From: Eukaryota sp. GEM-RC1
Taxonomy: Eukaryota
Direction: 5' to 3'
DNA: 64,000 nucleotides
Assembly: GCA_040285855.1 (NCBI GenBank)
Contig: JAUFOQ010000013.1
Span: 1,674,001-1,738,000 of the forward strand
The notes under the pieces were generated by a model that was not told where the DNA came from, did not search any database, and saw only the letters and a program-made list of their open reading frames with translations. Positions 23,800 through 34,541 of the stretch are shown here, piece by piece. How positions within the stretch are numbered: position 1 is the first letter of the stretch; every line of letters starts with the position of its first letter. Position numbers and translations under genes: made by a program.

Positions 23800-24300
23800 T
23801 TACCCAATCCCAATAGTAACTTGCAGATGTTGCAAAGCTTGTTCAATATCTATTTTAGCTCCTAATCCTTCAAAATATTTAGAAGCCTCTTGAAAATGTA
23901 ACCCCATGATCATTCTAGAAAGCACATCCCAAAGAATGTATAGCTTCCGCATTCCCCACGTGTGTAGCCACTGGTAGATAATTGAAACCTTTTTCAATAG
24001 CCGTTGTAACTCCTAGTTCTTTAGAACTACAATGATAAAGAATATAAAATACTTCATAATAACCGAATTCTGTGGTTTTTTGGAATCACAACAGAGTGTC
24101 ATTTAGACTTTCACCGACTCTGCAAGAAACAATCTCCCAAATTAATACATTTCCCATATCAGCAGCTCTTGCAAAATTCTCTTCGACTCCTAAACTTGAA
24201 CAATAGCAATTTGCTAATTTAAAAATAGAATCAAACGTGATTGTGATTAGCACCTTCATTAAACAAGGTAAAAGCTTTTTCATAATTCGCAGTCACCAAT
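23800..24300 (-). pseudogene. Degenerate Sel1-repeat gene fragments
   Basis: SIFKLANCYCSSLGVEENFARAADMGN and SKYFEGLGAKIDIEQALQHL; broken by stops and frameshifts. Confidence 0.55.
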
Positions 24301-27300
24301 TTTCTATGGAATAACGGCAGTCCTCCTAGATACAGTTGAATATCAATTTTGAGCTCTTTTTCACGTGATGAGCAGAAGTCAAAAGAAGTCTTTGCAGCAA
24401 TGTAACTCATATAAGCCCCAAGATTAGTATATTTACGGATTTCTTATCAAAATTTAAAAACTGCATTAGATTCGAATCAAGTTTCTCCATGATCAATGAA
24501 AATTAAAATTTGAAAAGGTCCATAACAGATTCTTTGGAAAAAGCGTTGCCAAGAAGAAAGTCTAGCTAAGCCAATTTCAATCGGTCATACTTGGAAGTAC
24601 ATATCCAATTGAAAAACTCTAAAATGTTTGAAATATCAAATTCAACACAGTTTTGTTAGTGAAAAAGACCAAAAAATCGATCCAAAAACATTTTCAAATA
24701 TACCCAAAAATTGATTAGAACATTCAAGACAAATTGGATGTCAAATCGACAAATTGACAAATAAATGCAGATGTAAACAAGTACCAAAAATGAATCAACT
24801 AATCAAACTTCAATTTTATATACGTGTTTTTAAAAGACACCCACCCGTATTTAGGGCAAGATTCTAAAATTTAAAATTAACTGTTTTGGATACATTTCAA
24901 TTTGTTTCACAAGCCTTCTGTCATTCTCTCAGTGACAAACTCACTTGCTGGAACTGAAGAAGAGAAGGAATGATGCAAAGCATACTGACATTTTCAGGAG
25001 TAAAGAGTTGACAGGACTGAAAAGAAGATATCATTTAGAAGATGGGCAGAAATGTACTAAGTTGATGTCAGATAGGTATTTTTGTACCCAAACCCTAAAT
25101 TATATTATATTTGCCTGATAACATTCCACATAATTTGAAATGCCAATGTGGGCAATCAGTAATACATACACATTTATTAAATTGCAACCGTTTTATTTCT
25201 TTTAGATGCAAGGTTCATGATTCAGTAAGGGATCAATTATATTGTGTGTGTGATCTTTAGTAAACTAACAGATGAACAAATTTTAATTTTCTAAGTTTTC
25301 AATGATTGCAAAGGATTCATCTTGATATCCGTGATCCCACTGATTTCTGGCTTTTTAATTTTTGAATTGCGTTTAAAAAACTGTTTAAACTGTTCTTTGT
25401 TCCTCATAAAGATATCCTCCGTCAATTCCAACAGAAAAGCAAACACACCAGACATACCAGCTACAGTACCAAGAACTGTCCCTGCTAAGGTCATAAAGGT
25501 ACGTGATGCAGACCTATCAGTCATTAATGCTAAAGAGAATGAATGGAACTGAAACTCCACTTTAAAACCAGTAGCGTGGTGGAATTGAGTGTTAGAGACA
25601 ACAGAACCTGCAGAAGCAGATTCAAATCGAAGGTGATATCCTGTATTAGAATTGGAGGGTTCAACATTGTCAGTGAAGACAGAAGGAATTAACTCGTATG
25701 AAAACACACTAGGATTATTCCCTTTCAAAACCATATTCTGAGGAGCACTCACTGAAGAAGAGATGTTAGAGAAGGCGTTAGGAAGTGAAGCAAATGTTGA
25801 AATGTTAACAGCGACTGCATTGGCGTACGATGCTTCGTTGTTTGATTGGATAGAAAGTGAACTGATTGAGTTAGTTAACTGACAATCAAAATCAACTGAA
25901 ATGAGACACGAATCAACAGAAGTTCCATCACCTATTGATGACGTGATGGTTGCCGGACAATCCACACCATTAGTTTGCAGAACAAACGACTCATTGGAAC
26001 AACCAGTTGAATATCCTTGAAATTCTATAACAAAGAAACCATGAAAAGTAAAGTTTTTGGGTGTTAAAAAAGCTGGTTCTAAAGTTCGAGTATAAGAAAT
26101 ATTGTCATATTGATATTCGAAAAACAAACTGCTTGTCATGAATAGAAGTCCTGCTATAAATAACCATGAATAAAATCCTCCTAGTTTAGTTTCTCGTTGG
26201 ATAATTGGTTGGTTGTTTTCGGTATAATGACTTTGATTAAAAAAAATCAAAATATCTAAAGAATGGTCCTTCACTTATGAAAACGGAAGCAATAATTAAC
26301 AGCGTCACAGCCAGAATCAGCAAATACAGAGCAATTGTTGAATATTCTTCTAGTTTTGCTAGTTGAGACGGTGGAAGTTCGGGTTGTTCTGAAATAAAAT
26401 CTACCGTTGCATCCTCGCTTGAAAGTGGAACAACACTTCCAACAGGGCAATACTTATCCTCTGGGCATGGTTCACAGTGAGAAGAACCATAGTTAGGATT
26501 ATAAGTAGAGAAAGGACATGGGATGCATGACTCAAATCCATTTCCACCAATGAAATCACTGAAAAAACCAGGATCACAAGGTCTGCAACTAGTGCCATTG
26601 CTTGAATAAACACCATAAAGCCCATTCTCACAGGCAACGCAACCTCCAAGCTCATCAGCAGCACTACCAATAAAGCAATCAAATTCGCAATCAATAATCA
26701 GAAAATCAGAACAGGTCAGATTCATGATTGCAATTGCTGATAAAGGAGATGCTGGTGATCGCTCCCTGGGGATATGAGAATTACCAACATACCTCACAAC
26801 TAAGTTTTGAAATGCAACTACGGTATAATCAGTATCAGTAAAGAAATCATTATCATTAATGATTCCAAACGTGATACGGGAATCTTCAGTTTCCAATTTG
26901 GGAATACTGAAGAAATTTGTGATCCTAGGGATAAACTCTCTATCATGACCACCAAAAATTAAAATGTTATTACCGAACTGAATTAAGTTGAAGGTGTGTA
27001 CCTGGTTTCGGAATCTAAAAGGTTGGTAAAACCATCTTTTTGATTAGAACCATCACGTGTTAAGCTATCAGGAGATATTTTCCATAGGTAGGTTTGATTG
27101 ACGTTGCGTGAATCATCCCGACCCCCAATCAGCATGACGTATGGATCATCAGTTTGGGCAACTAGAAGAGAACACCGATCCATTGGAGGAGGCCAGACTT
27201 CCTCTGACGTTTGAGAGATTTGAGTCCACCTGCCGGTCTGAAGATTGAGTGAGTAGAGCTCAGAAGAACGTGACGAAGCAGTGGCACCTCCGTAAACTAT

Positions 27301-28677
27301 TAAAGAATGTTCATACAATGAACAACAAGCATAAGAACGAGGACTTGGAGGTGATCCTTCAGTGACAAACCAAGTAAACTCTCGTGACACGTGGTAAAAA
27401 AAAGATGACGTCATTGGTGAGATCAGAAGTTGAAACAGTTTCCCCTCCAAATTGAACAATTCTAGTACCATATACAACGCTACAATGACCAACACGGAGT
27501 GGTGGTGCATAAGAGCTTTGAACTTCTAGATAATTCCAAGAATACGTCATCAAGTCAAAATGATAGACATTCATATCACGTATATCACGAGAAAACGGAC
27601 GACTTCCTCCAAGTACAAACATCTTTGTTCCAACTACAACTGATGAGTGACCAAATGTCCTTGGCGGAGTCGTTATTGAAGGAGATACAAGGTTAAAGTC
27701 AGCATAGGTAGGTGTCATATCTAACAATTCAGGATCGAACTCCAAAATAGAATTCTCTACTTGATCAAAGTAATCACCACCAAACAGATACAGTTTATCA
27801 TTGATAACAAACGGAGTAGAACTAGAGTCCAGTCTAAACATTGAACCATCTCTTCTCATTCTAAGCTGATCCCATGTCCAAGTTGAGATGTTGTTGTCAT
27901 TAGTTGAAAGAACTTGTAGGATAGCAAAGTTAGCAACAAAGGGGTAAGTTGTAGCTATACCCCAACCTCCAAAGATGAGAAGCTTTTGATTAATGAAAAG
28001 TAAGAATCTGAAATTCTTGTTGGTGCACCCGTAATTATGTCAGTTATATTTTCATAAAGAGAATATACTGAAAGTAAACTGTCATTTAACAAGTCAATCT
28101 CTACTGTTGCAATCCAGGTATGAAAATCATAACTAACTACCAAAGCTCTCAGAGTAAACACGTGTGGTGACGTTTCAACCATGGACTGTACCACCATGTT
28201 TGCACCTTTGCGTCCCACTTCTAGTTCAATGTCTGATAGAGTCTTGACTTCATAAAAAGTAAGAGTTTCAAAGTCAAACAGCCATAAAGCTGAGGTAGGT
28301 GTAGGTATATAAGGGGAAGTAAGAGCAGGAAGTGTAAGCACGAGAGCAAACTCGTGATCATTCAAAGAGAACTGGAAACAAGAAAGTAAAGCACGCAGAG
28401 GAAGTTGTTGGCCTTGTGGAGGGGTAGATCGCCAACAAAGAGACTCGAAACTCCAGATATAGATATCAGTAGAAGGAGCGTTGTTCAGTTCTCCACCGAA
28501 TTGAATTATTTGAGACTTATAGTGCCACAGACAACCTCCAGAAGGTGGTAATGTACCAGCAGAGGGATATTGAAGCCAGAACTTAGAGCTCTCGGTTCAA
28601 GGAATTAAAGACCAGTCTGGTGAAGAAACCATAATTCAAAGAGATCGTCATCATGTTGGTCAATGCCACCCCAGAAG

Positions 28678-29685
28678 CAGGGATGAGGTAAAAATTATTC
28701 CAGTGAGAAATAATTCCCGTATTATATACGGGATTACGGTACGGCTTCTCTTTTTGTTACGGGAGTACGGACAGAAAATATTTTCCGTAATTTTCTCAGT
28801 CTTCTAAATCAAGGGAAAAATCCGGACGCTCCAGCTGACCAGGATCTGAAGACTACATCAACAACAATGCATTGCTAGAAAATTACATCTGCATCTTGAA
28901 TATATTCTTGCTGGAAACAAAGGTTGTTCAACGTCTGTTCAGTATTGCAAAACACCGCTTGGGTTCGTTTAGAAACAGGTTAACTCCTGAACCACTGGCA
29001 ATGGAACTGTTTCTCAGATCGAATAAAAAGTTGTGGGATGAAGAAGTTCTTCGTAAAGCTTTGACTCTGAAACCAATAATAGAAGTACATATAACTGATT
29101 AATAGTAATAAACAGTTTATTGATGGAGGCTACAAAAATACATATAATTATAACAGCTATGAAACTCTAGCCACCCAAAATTCCTGGTCAACAGTACCAC
29201 AGTTTTAATACCACTTTGTGACAATTGAATTAAAAACTTGGGCATCGAACGGAACAAAGAAACAACCAAACGGTTATGCCAAATTGATAAGTTAAATCTC
29301 TTATTCTGAGACTTACACATAGATCCGAAATCAGTTAAAAACTTAGAAACCATTTCACTAATGCTACCAAAAATCGAAATAGCAAGCGGAACAAATACAA
29401 ATTTTGAATAGAAATTTTGATTGAGTTTAGCATTATTATTTATTTTTGGAATACAAATGATTTTTACTTTTTGGCTGTTTCTAGGTGGTTCAAACCTTTG
29501 AATTTAAGCCATTAACTTAATTGATTAATAGTGATCCTTTGTATCAATTTAATATAGTTTTGTCATCCTTTGTTTAGTAAATGTACGGAAAGAATATATT
29601 CACCGTATATTCCACAGTACGGAATAATTTACGGCAAGACAAAAACAGAGTCCGTATTACGGCCATATATTCTACCCCATCCCTG
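28678..29685 (+). mobile_element. hAT (Ac-like) internally deleted element
   Basis: Termini CAGGGATG...CATCCCTG. Imperfect 8-bp TSD CCCAGAAG/ACTAGAAG. Subterminal TACGG/CCGTA motifs. Remnant of the hAT C-terminal dimerisation domain VQRLFSIAKHRLGSFRNRLTPEPLAMELFLRSNKKLW (28920-29040). Confidence 0.85.
29110..29430 (-). mobile_element. LINE 3' fragment nested in the hAT element
   Basis: FVPLAISIFGS...KSQNKRFNLSIWHNRLVVSLFRS; homologous to 49300-49700 on the plus strand. Confidence 0.6.
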
Positions 29686-30652
29686 ACTAGAAGGCAACAA
29701 GGTTCAAGACATGTAAATCGATATGTTTCTGTACCTTATCAATAACGTGTTTTGTTTTTCAGATAGTCTACACAATAAATATCCAATACTGGGTCACTTA
29801 GTTAATTTTACATAATTTAAGATGTACAAAAAGCAGTTTTGTGTTTTGACACAAAGACAAAAACTTTGTATTGACAACAACACTACAGTGTACATACATC
29901 TAATAATCAATATCCTCAAATCCCAGATTACCTATCTGGAAGTTCTGGTCTACTTTGGAAAACCCAAATCGTAATTAACATGTCTATAAACTCTCTCTTC
30001 AGAAATTAATTGTGTATTTCCTAAAACAATTCTGAACATTAGATTTAAAAAGGCACAATCGTAATTTCAATCACATATACTTGGCTATGTAGAAACCGCA
30101 AAAACTAATTTAGCACCACTAGGTCTTCGTAAATTTAACATCGTCATATGTGTTTCTTCTATTGACTGCAATATTCAATTCAACAATTTTGGTAACTCTT
30201 TGTGTATCACTATCAGTTTTACTGACTGAATGCAAAAGCACGTTTATGAAACATCACTGAGAATAAGTAAAGCATCATATTTTGCATATGATAGACAATG
30301 CAGTCGTGATAATAATGAAACTGTACATTGGTAATTCGATGGTAAATGTATAGTAGAAATTAACAATACTTCGAATACTAATAAATTTCTGTTGCTGTTG
30401 AGAACAATAGCAAAAGTACCAGTAAATAACGTGTGTTATTCACCAGGGTAGTATTTAAAATCTGTACTTGAACATCTGCTAAACTACTATGATATTTGAC
30501 TCTGTCACGGAGTTTTGTTTGGGATAACGTTTGTTCTGAGCTAAATGATTTCTCAAGTGTGCATTACATTCACAGTTTAATTATGGTGCTTTTGATGAGA
30601 AATTAATTATGATTAATGGAAAATGTGATTTTTATATGTAATGAAAACTTGT

Positions 30653-31261
30653 TTAAAAATACATTCTATTTTTGTGTAGTGATTTTAACGACTGTTGTGT
30701 TTGACTGTTGATTGAGTTTTCAGCTAGATCGATCCTAGAAACTGAAGAATTCACCTTCAACGCTTCAGCAATTGCAATAGCTCCTTCATTACCAATTGAG
30801 TTTTCAGCAAGATCGATCCTAGAAACTGAAGAATTCACCTTCAAAGCTTCAGCAATTGCAATAGCTCCTTCATTACCAATTGAGTTGACACCTAGATAAA
30901 TCTCAGAAACTGAAGAATTCACCTTCAAAGCTTCAGCAATTGCAATAGCTCCTTCATTACCAATTGAGTTGTTATTTAGATAAATCGTAGAAACTGAAGA
31001 ATTCACCTTCAAAGCTTCAGCAATTGCAATAGCCCCTTCATTACCAATTGAGTTGTTATCTAGATAAATCGTAGAAACTGAAAAATTCACCTTCAAAGCT
31101 TCAGCAATCGCAATAGCTTCTTCAACACCAATTGAGTTGAAACCTAGATGAATCGTAGAAACTGAATAATTTACCTTCAAAGCTTCAGCCATTGCAATAG
31201 CTCCTTCAGTACCAATTGAGTTGTTATATAGATTGATCGTAGAACTCTCATTTCTCAACAT
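30653..31261 (-). CDS. Dispersed, more diverged LRR-only cassette, 7 modules
   Basis: 202 aa = 6 + 7x28. Flanks 29724-30650 and 31262-31345 match the array spacers. Confidence 0.7.
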   Translation of the reverse strand: MLRNESSTINLYNNSIGTEGAIAMAEALKVNYSVSTIHLGFNSIGVEEAIAIAEALKVNFSVSTIYLDNNSIGNEGAIAIAEALKVNSSVSTIYLNNNSIGNEGAIAIAEALKVNSSVSEIYLGVNSIGNEGAIAIAEALKVNSSVSRIDLAENSIGNEGAIAIAEALKVNSSVSRIDLAENSINSQTQQSLKSLHKNRMYF

Positions 31262-31344
31262 TTCGTCTCAACAATTTTAATAATGAAACTGTACATAGGT
31301 AATTCGATGGTAAATGTACAGTATCATTTAACAATAATTCTGAT

Positions 31345-32918
31345 ATACTCACTTATGGGTTACTCCTTCAGAATTTCTTGAACTCCTGGCTAGCCACACA
31401 GACCTTTTCTGTGGTGAATAGCCCTAATCTTTCGCAGTGGTTTACTTGCCGTTCTCGTCAGTTGGCAGTTAATGTTAAGTCGTCTCTGCCCAAAATATCC
31501 AGAGCTTGGATTAAAAATTTTCTATATGCCCATTGTCGGGTCATTGAGACACCTCGTCAATTTTCTTCGCATCTTCTTTATCTCTTTTATAATATTCCAT
31601 TTAATGCTCCTTCTTTTGTTAATGTTTCCATTGACAATCAGTCTGAAAAAATCTTTTTACTTAACGCTGTCTACTTTATTTTCCATCTTTTCGATCGTTG
31701 TCCTGTCTCGGAAGGACTTTTATCTTCTGCTGACCACATGAATGTTTCTCCTAAAGAAATTCGTGAATTGTTTATCTTTAACCTATCAATTGCACAATTC
31801 TTAGAAACATATTTAAGTGATTTTTCCCATTGTTGGAGACGGCTCCGACTGATCCCCCTAGCTTCTCACAAAGGGTCAAAACTGTTGGATGTACCTCCAA
31901 ACATCTTCAGAAGCAATGGAAGATTCCCTCCAGCTACAGGCACTAGGGCTAATCGATTTTTCATTTTGAACCAGAATTTGAAGAAAATTTTCAAAAATTG
32001 TCCACATGAAAAATTCAAAATGTGGAAGAAAAGTTATAAAAGAAACTAAAGAAAGTTAGCTCTCAAGTCAAATGGAAATGAGCTTTTGATCACATTTGAA
32101 TGGACTGAGCCAACCTTGGAGAAAGAAGGAGAGCCGCCAAAAAAAAAGAGGCGGACAAAACTTGAGATGCAGCAAGATCCTAAAGCCAACTGCATCAAAT
32201 CCATCAATTTAAAAGGATCGAAGAAGCAGCCTCGCCGTCGCCCTCCAACTGCCCAGGAGATTATCCCTGAAGGCCCATTAGTGGGTGTGGATCTTGGTCA
32301 GTCACGTCTTTGTGGTTACTATTTGAATGAAGAAAACCACGGACTGATCAAGTGTCCTACAGGCCGCCAGTTTCGAACAAACCCTTCTCCTCTCAAAATG
32401 TCACCGAACCAATATTCCGTGCAAAATATTCACCTATGTTTGAATCACTGGAATTTGGTAAGAAAACAGGTGTATAAAGAGAGTAACCGGTCGAAGTGGA
32501 AGTCGATTAAGTTCGACAATCGAAGACGCAGAGAACGCCGCTTTCGTGAAGCTCTGAATACTTTCCAAGAGATTTCTGGTCATCCAGAGGAACTGTATCT
32601 GGCTGTTGGCTCAGCAAACTTTCCTTCCCATTTCAGGAAAGTTAAAAGATATGGATCAGCTCGATGCTTTCGGAAATGGCTGAATCACCAAAAGGAGTAA
32701 AACACTTTCCCACCAGTGAATTCAACACTAGCAAACTGTCAAGCTGCTGTATGTCACTAAACGAAGCAACCAGATAGTGGCAAATGAGAGTCTGTGCCAA
32801 CTGCCATCAAGTATATGACAGAGATGTTTTCGCTGCTAAAAATATTCAGACTAGGAAGAAAGCAGAGTTGTGGCCTGGAAGATACGTCTGTCCTGAGGTA
32901 ATGTCGAGGAGAGTCTAA
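31345..32918 (+). pseudogene. Fanzor (eukaryotic TnpB-like RNA-guided endonuclease), probably Fanzor1; 5'-truncated with two stops and one frameshift
   Basis: ORFs 31378 and 32086 are in the same frame, separated by TAA at 32047. RuvC-I LVGVDLGQ, then LYLAVGSANF. After a shift at ~32690: FPTSEFNTSKLSSCC (RuvC-II E, 32718), TAG at 32775, RVCANCHQVYDRDVFAAKNI (Cys pair plus RuvC-III D, 32823), stop at 32916-18. LRLIPL and LKSNGNELLITF match the recalled Fanzor1 LxP and TDG-like motifs. Confidence 0.85.
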
Positions 32919-32919
32919 T

Positions 32920-33217
32920 GGAGAGATCGGTAGAAATGATAAACAAAACCACTTTGAGACCGATCTGGTGATGTATCTATCCCGGTAGATATGTTTGTCA
33001 GATCCATTTAGATAGATTAAGTCTAAGAAACTTTGTTCTGTGTAAGCAGTGTAAGCTGTGTAAGCAGTCGGTCTATCTAAGTGATGTAGCCCGTTGATGA
33101 AGATCATGATTGTCTTTGTCAGATGACGCTATATGTCTCTTACAACCTGTGAAAACAGGAGTGAATTTCATAATTGGGAGTACTACTAGTAGTAAGCAGT
33201 TGTTATGAAATTCACAG
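32920..33217 (+). ncRNA. Candidate Fanzor omegaRNA scaffold / element right end
   Basis: Consecutive stems: 32924-31/32959-66; 32971-80/32985-94; 33005-18/33070-83; CCTGT-GAAA-ACAGG at 33146-59; perfect 13 bp 33161-73/33203-15 enclosing the palindrome TACTACTAGTAGTA. Located directly 3' of the Fanzor ORF. Confidence 0.55.
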
Positions 33218-33272
33218 TACTTGATACCTGAATAGGTAGACATGCAAGGGGAAAGGATAATATATTTTATAA

Positions 33273-34481
33273 GGGTATAATTCAAAAACACTCATGTCCC
33301 AAATCTATATTTCATAACCACTCAAATGGAATTTGATATTACAAAAACACTCATTAGACCACTATAATATTGATATCAATAGAACCAAGTCATTGTTTTA
33401 CTATATTTTGATTACTATTATCTCATCTATCTATCGATATGCCATCTACTACTTGTTGGGACATGTCTTCATTGTATGTCCCTTCTTCTTGCAGATACTG
33501 CATCCGTACTTTCCTCGTCCTTTCTTCATCTCTGGTTCACCAATGCTGGTAAGTCTTCTTGTACGTGGCCTTCATCTTCCTCGTTTTTCTACTGGAAGCG
33601 CGACTTGCTCTTGAACTTCATCTTCAGTAGCCATCCAGCTGTTTCTGGCTCTAATAGCAGGTAACAAAGTACCATAGCATTTTAACAGAGTTGATTGATG
33701 ATATTCCTCACCAATCAACTCTTCTAGAGGTTTTCTCATGAACACAGCAACAGCAACAGCATGTACACACGGGACTTTGTCTTCTTGCCACTTTCCACAT
33801 GAACAGCTCTTCGTCATCTCATCAACAATAGCAGAATCTGCTCCCTGAACCTCAAACTGTTGGTTCTGAGCAGGAACAATGGTAAATGCTGTTGCATTAC
33901 CTAATAAAGATCTTACATCATCTGCCACTTGTTTTTACAATACAGGGCATTTTCTTTGCCTTTTCTAGTCTTTCCCCATTTTTATCATAGTTTTACGCCA
34001 TCTTATCTGCCATCTTATCTGCCATCTGTAACATCTAGATCAATGATAGGATCATTGTAGCACGCACGCAGTTCCCGAACGTAAGCTTGAATTTCATCAT
34101 AAGCTTCTTCAAAGCTTCCATACAAGTCCTTTTTAATCTTCTTCTGAGCTCGGTAAGCATTCTGATAGTTAACCGTAGCTCCATTTGATGCAACAACTGT
34201 CCTAATGGTGGCTGCTGTAGTTTGTAGATCATGCTGAATTGCTGTTACAACTGGGGTAATTGCAACAATCTTTGATGCTGTGAGGGACTCGTGATTGATT
34301 CTCAAGCCCGAGCAAGTATGTTGGAGATTGACGGAGTGAATCATGAAGGGAGATAAGTAAAGTCATTGTTTGTGAAGTATGTATATCAGAAAAGGTTCAT
34401 GAGTGTTTTTTGTAATATCAAATTTCATTTGAGTGGTTATGAAATATAGATTTGGGACATGAGTGTTTTTGACATTTTTCC
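33273..34481 (-). mobile_element. Mutator-like element (MULE), internally deleted, inserted in the Gypsy 3' LTR
   Basis: ~80-bp TIRs (TCAAAAACACTCATGTCCCAAATCTATATTTCATAACCACTCAAATG...). 9-bp TSD ATTTTATAA (33264-72, 34482-90). Transposase remnants VNLQHTC...VNYQNAYRAQKK and SWIM finger CSCGKWQEDKVPCVHAVAV. No DDE core seen. Confidence 0.93.
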
Positions 34482-34541
34482 ATTTTATAAATGGCAACAC
34501 CATACTTCAACACTGCCACATCATAACACCTGTGGCCAACA

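Larger units (their letters stand above)
25291..29720 (-). pseudogene. Large membrane protein: kelch repeats, Cys-rich repeats, three predicted TM segments; frameshifted and interrupted by a hAT element
   Basis: Kelch motifs (LYLFGG, PPRTFGHSSVVVGTKMFVLGG, SPRSYACCSLYEHSLIVYGG, IIQFGG). Cys-rich CRPCDPGFFS/CIPCPFSTYN/CEPCPEDKYCP. Hydrophobic segments near 26300, 26150 and 25450. Frame breaks at A-runs (~26240, ~27400). The coding pattern continues across 28678-29685. Confidence 0.75.

Noticed and set aside
32047..32777. TAA/TAG reassignment to Gln rescuing the Fanzor ORF
   Set aside because: Conserved genes here end in TAA or TAG at the expected positions (gcvPA, START, KIN17) and contain no internal TAR codons.
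32757..33107. Minus-strand ORF with TAYTAYTAY
   Set aside because: Antisense to the Fanzor C-terminus and the structured region; the repeat comes from a 9-nt tandem triplication.
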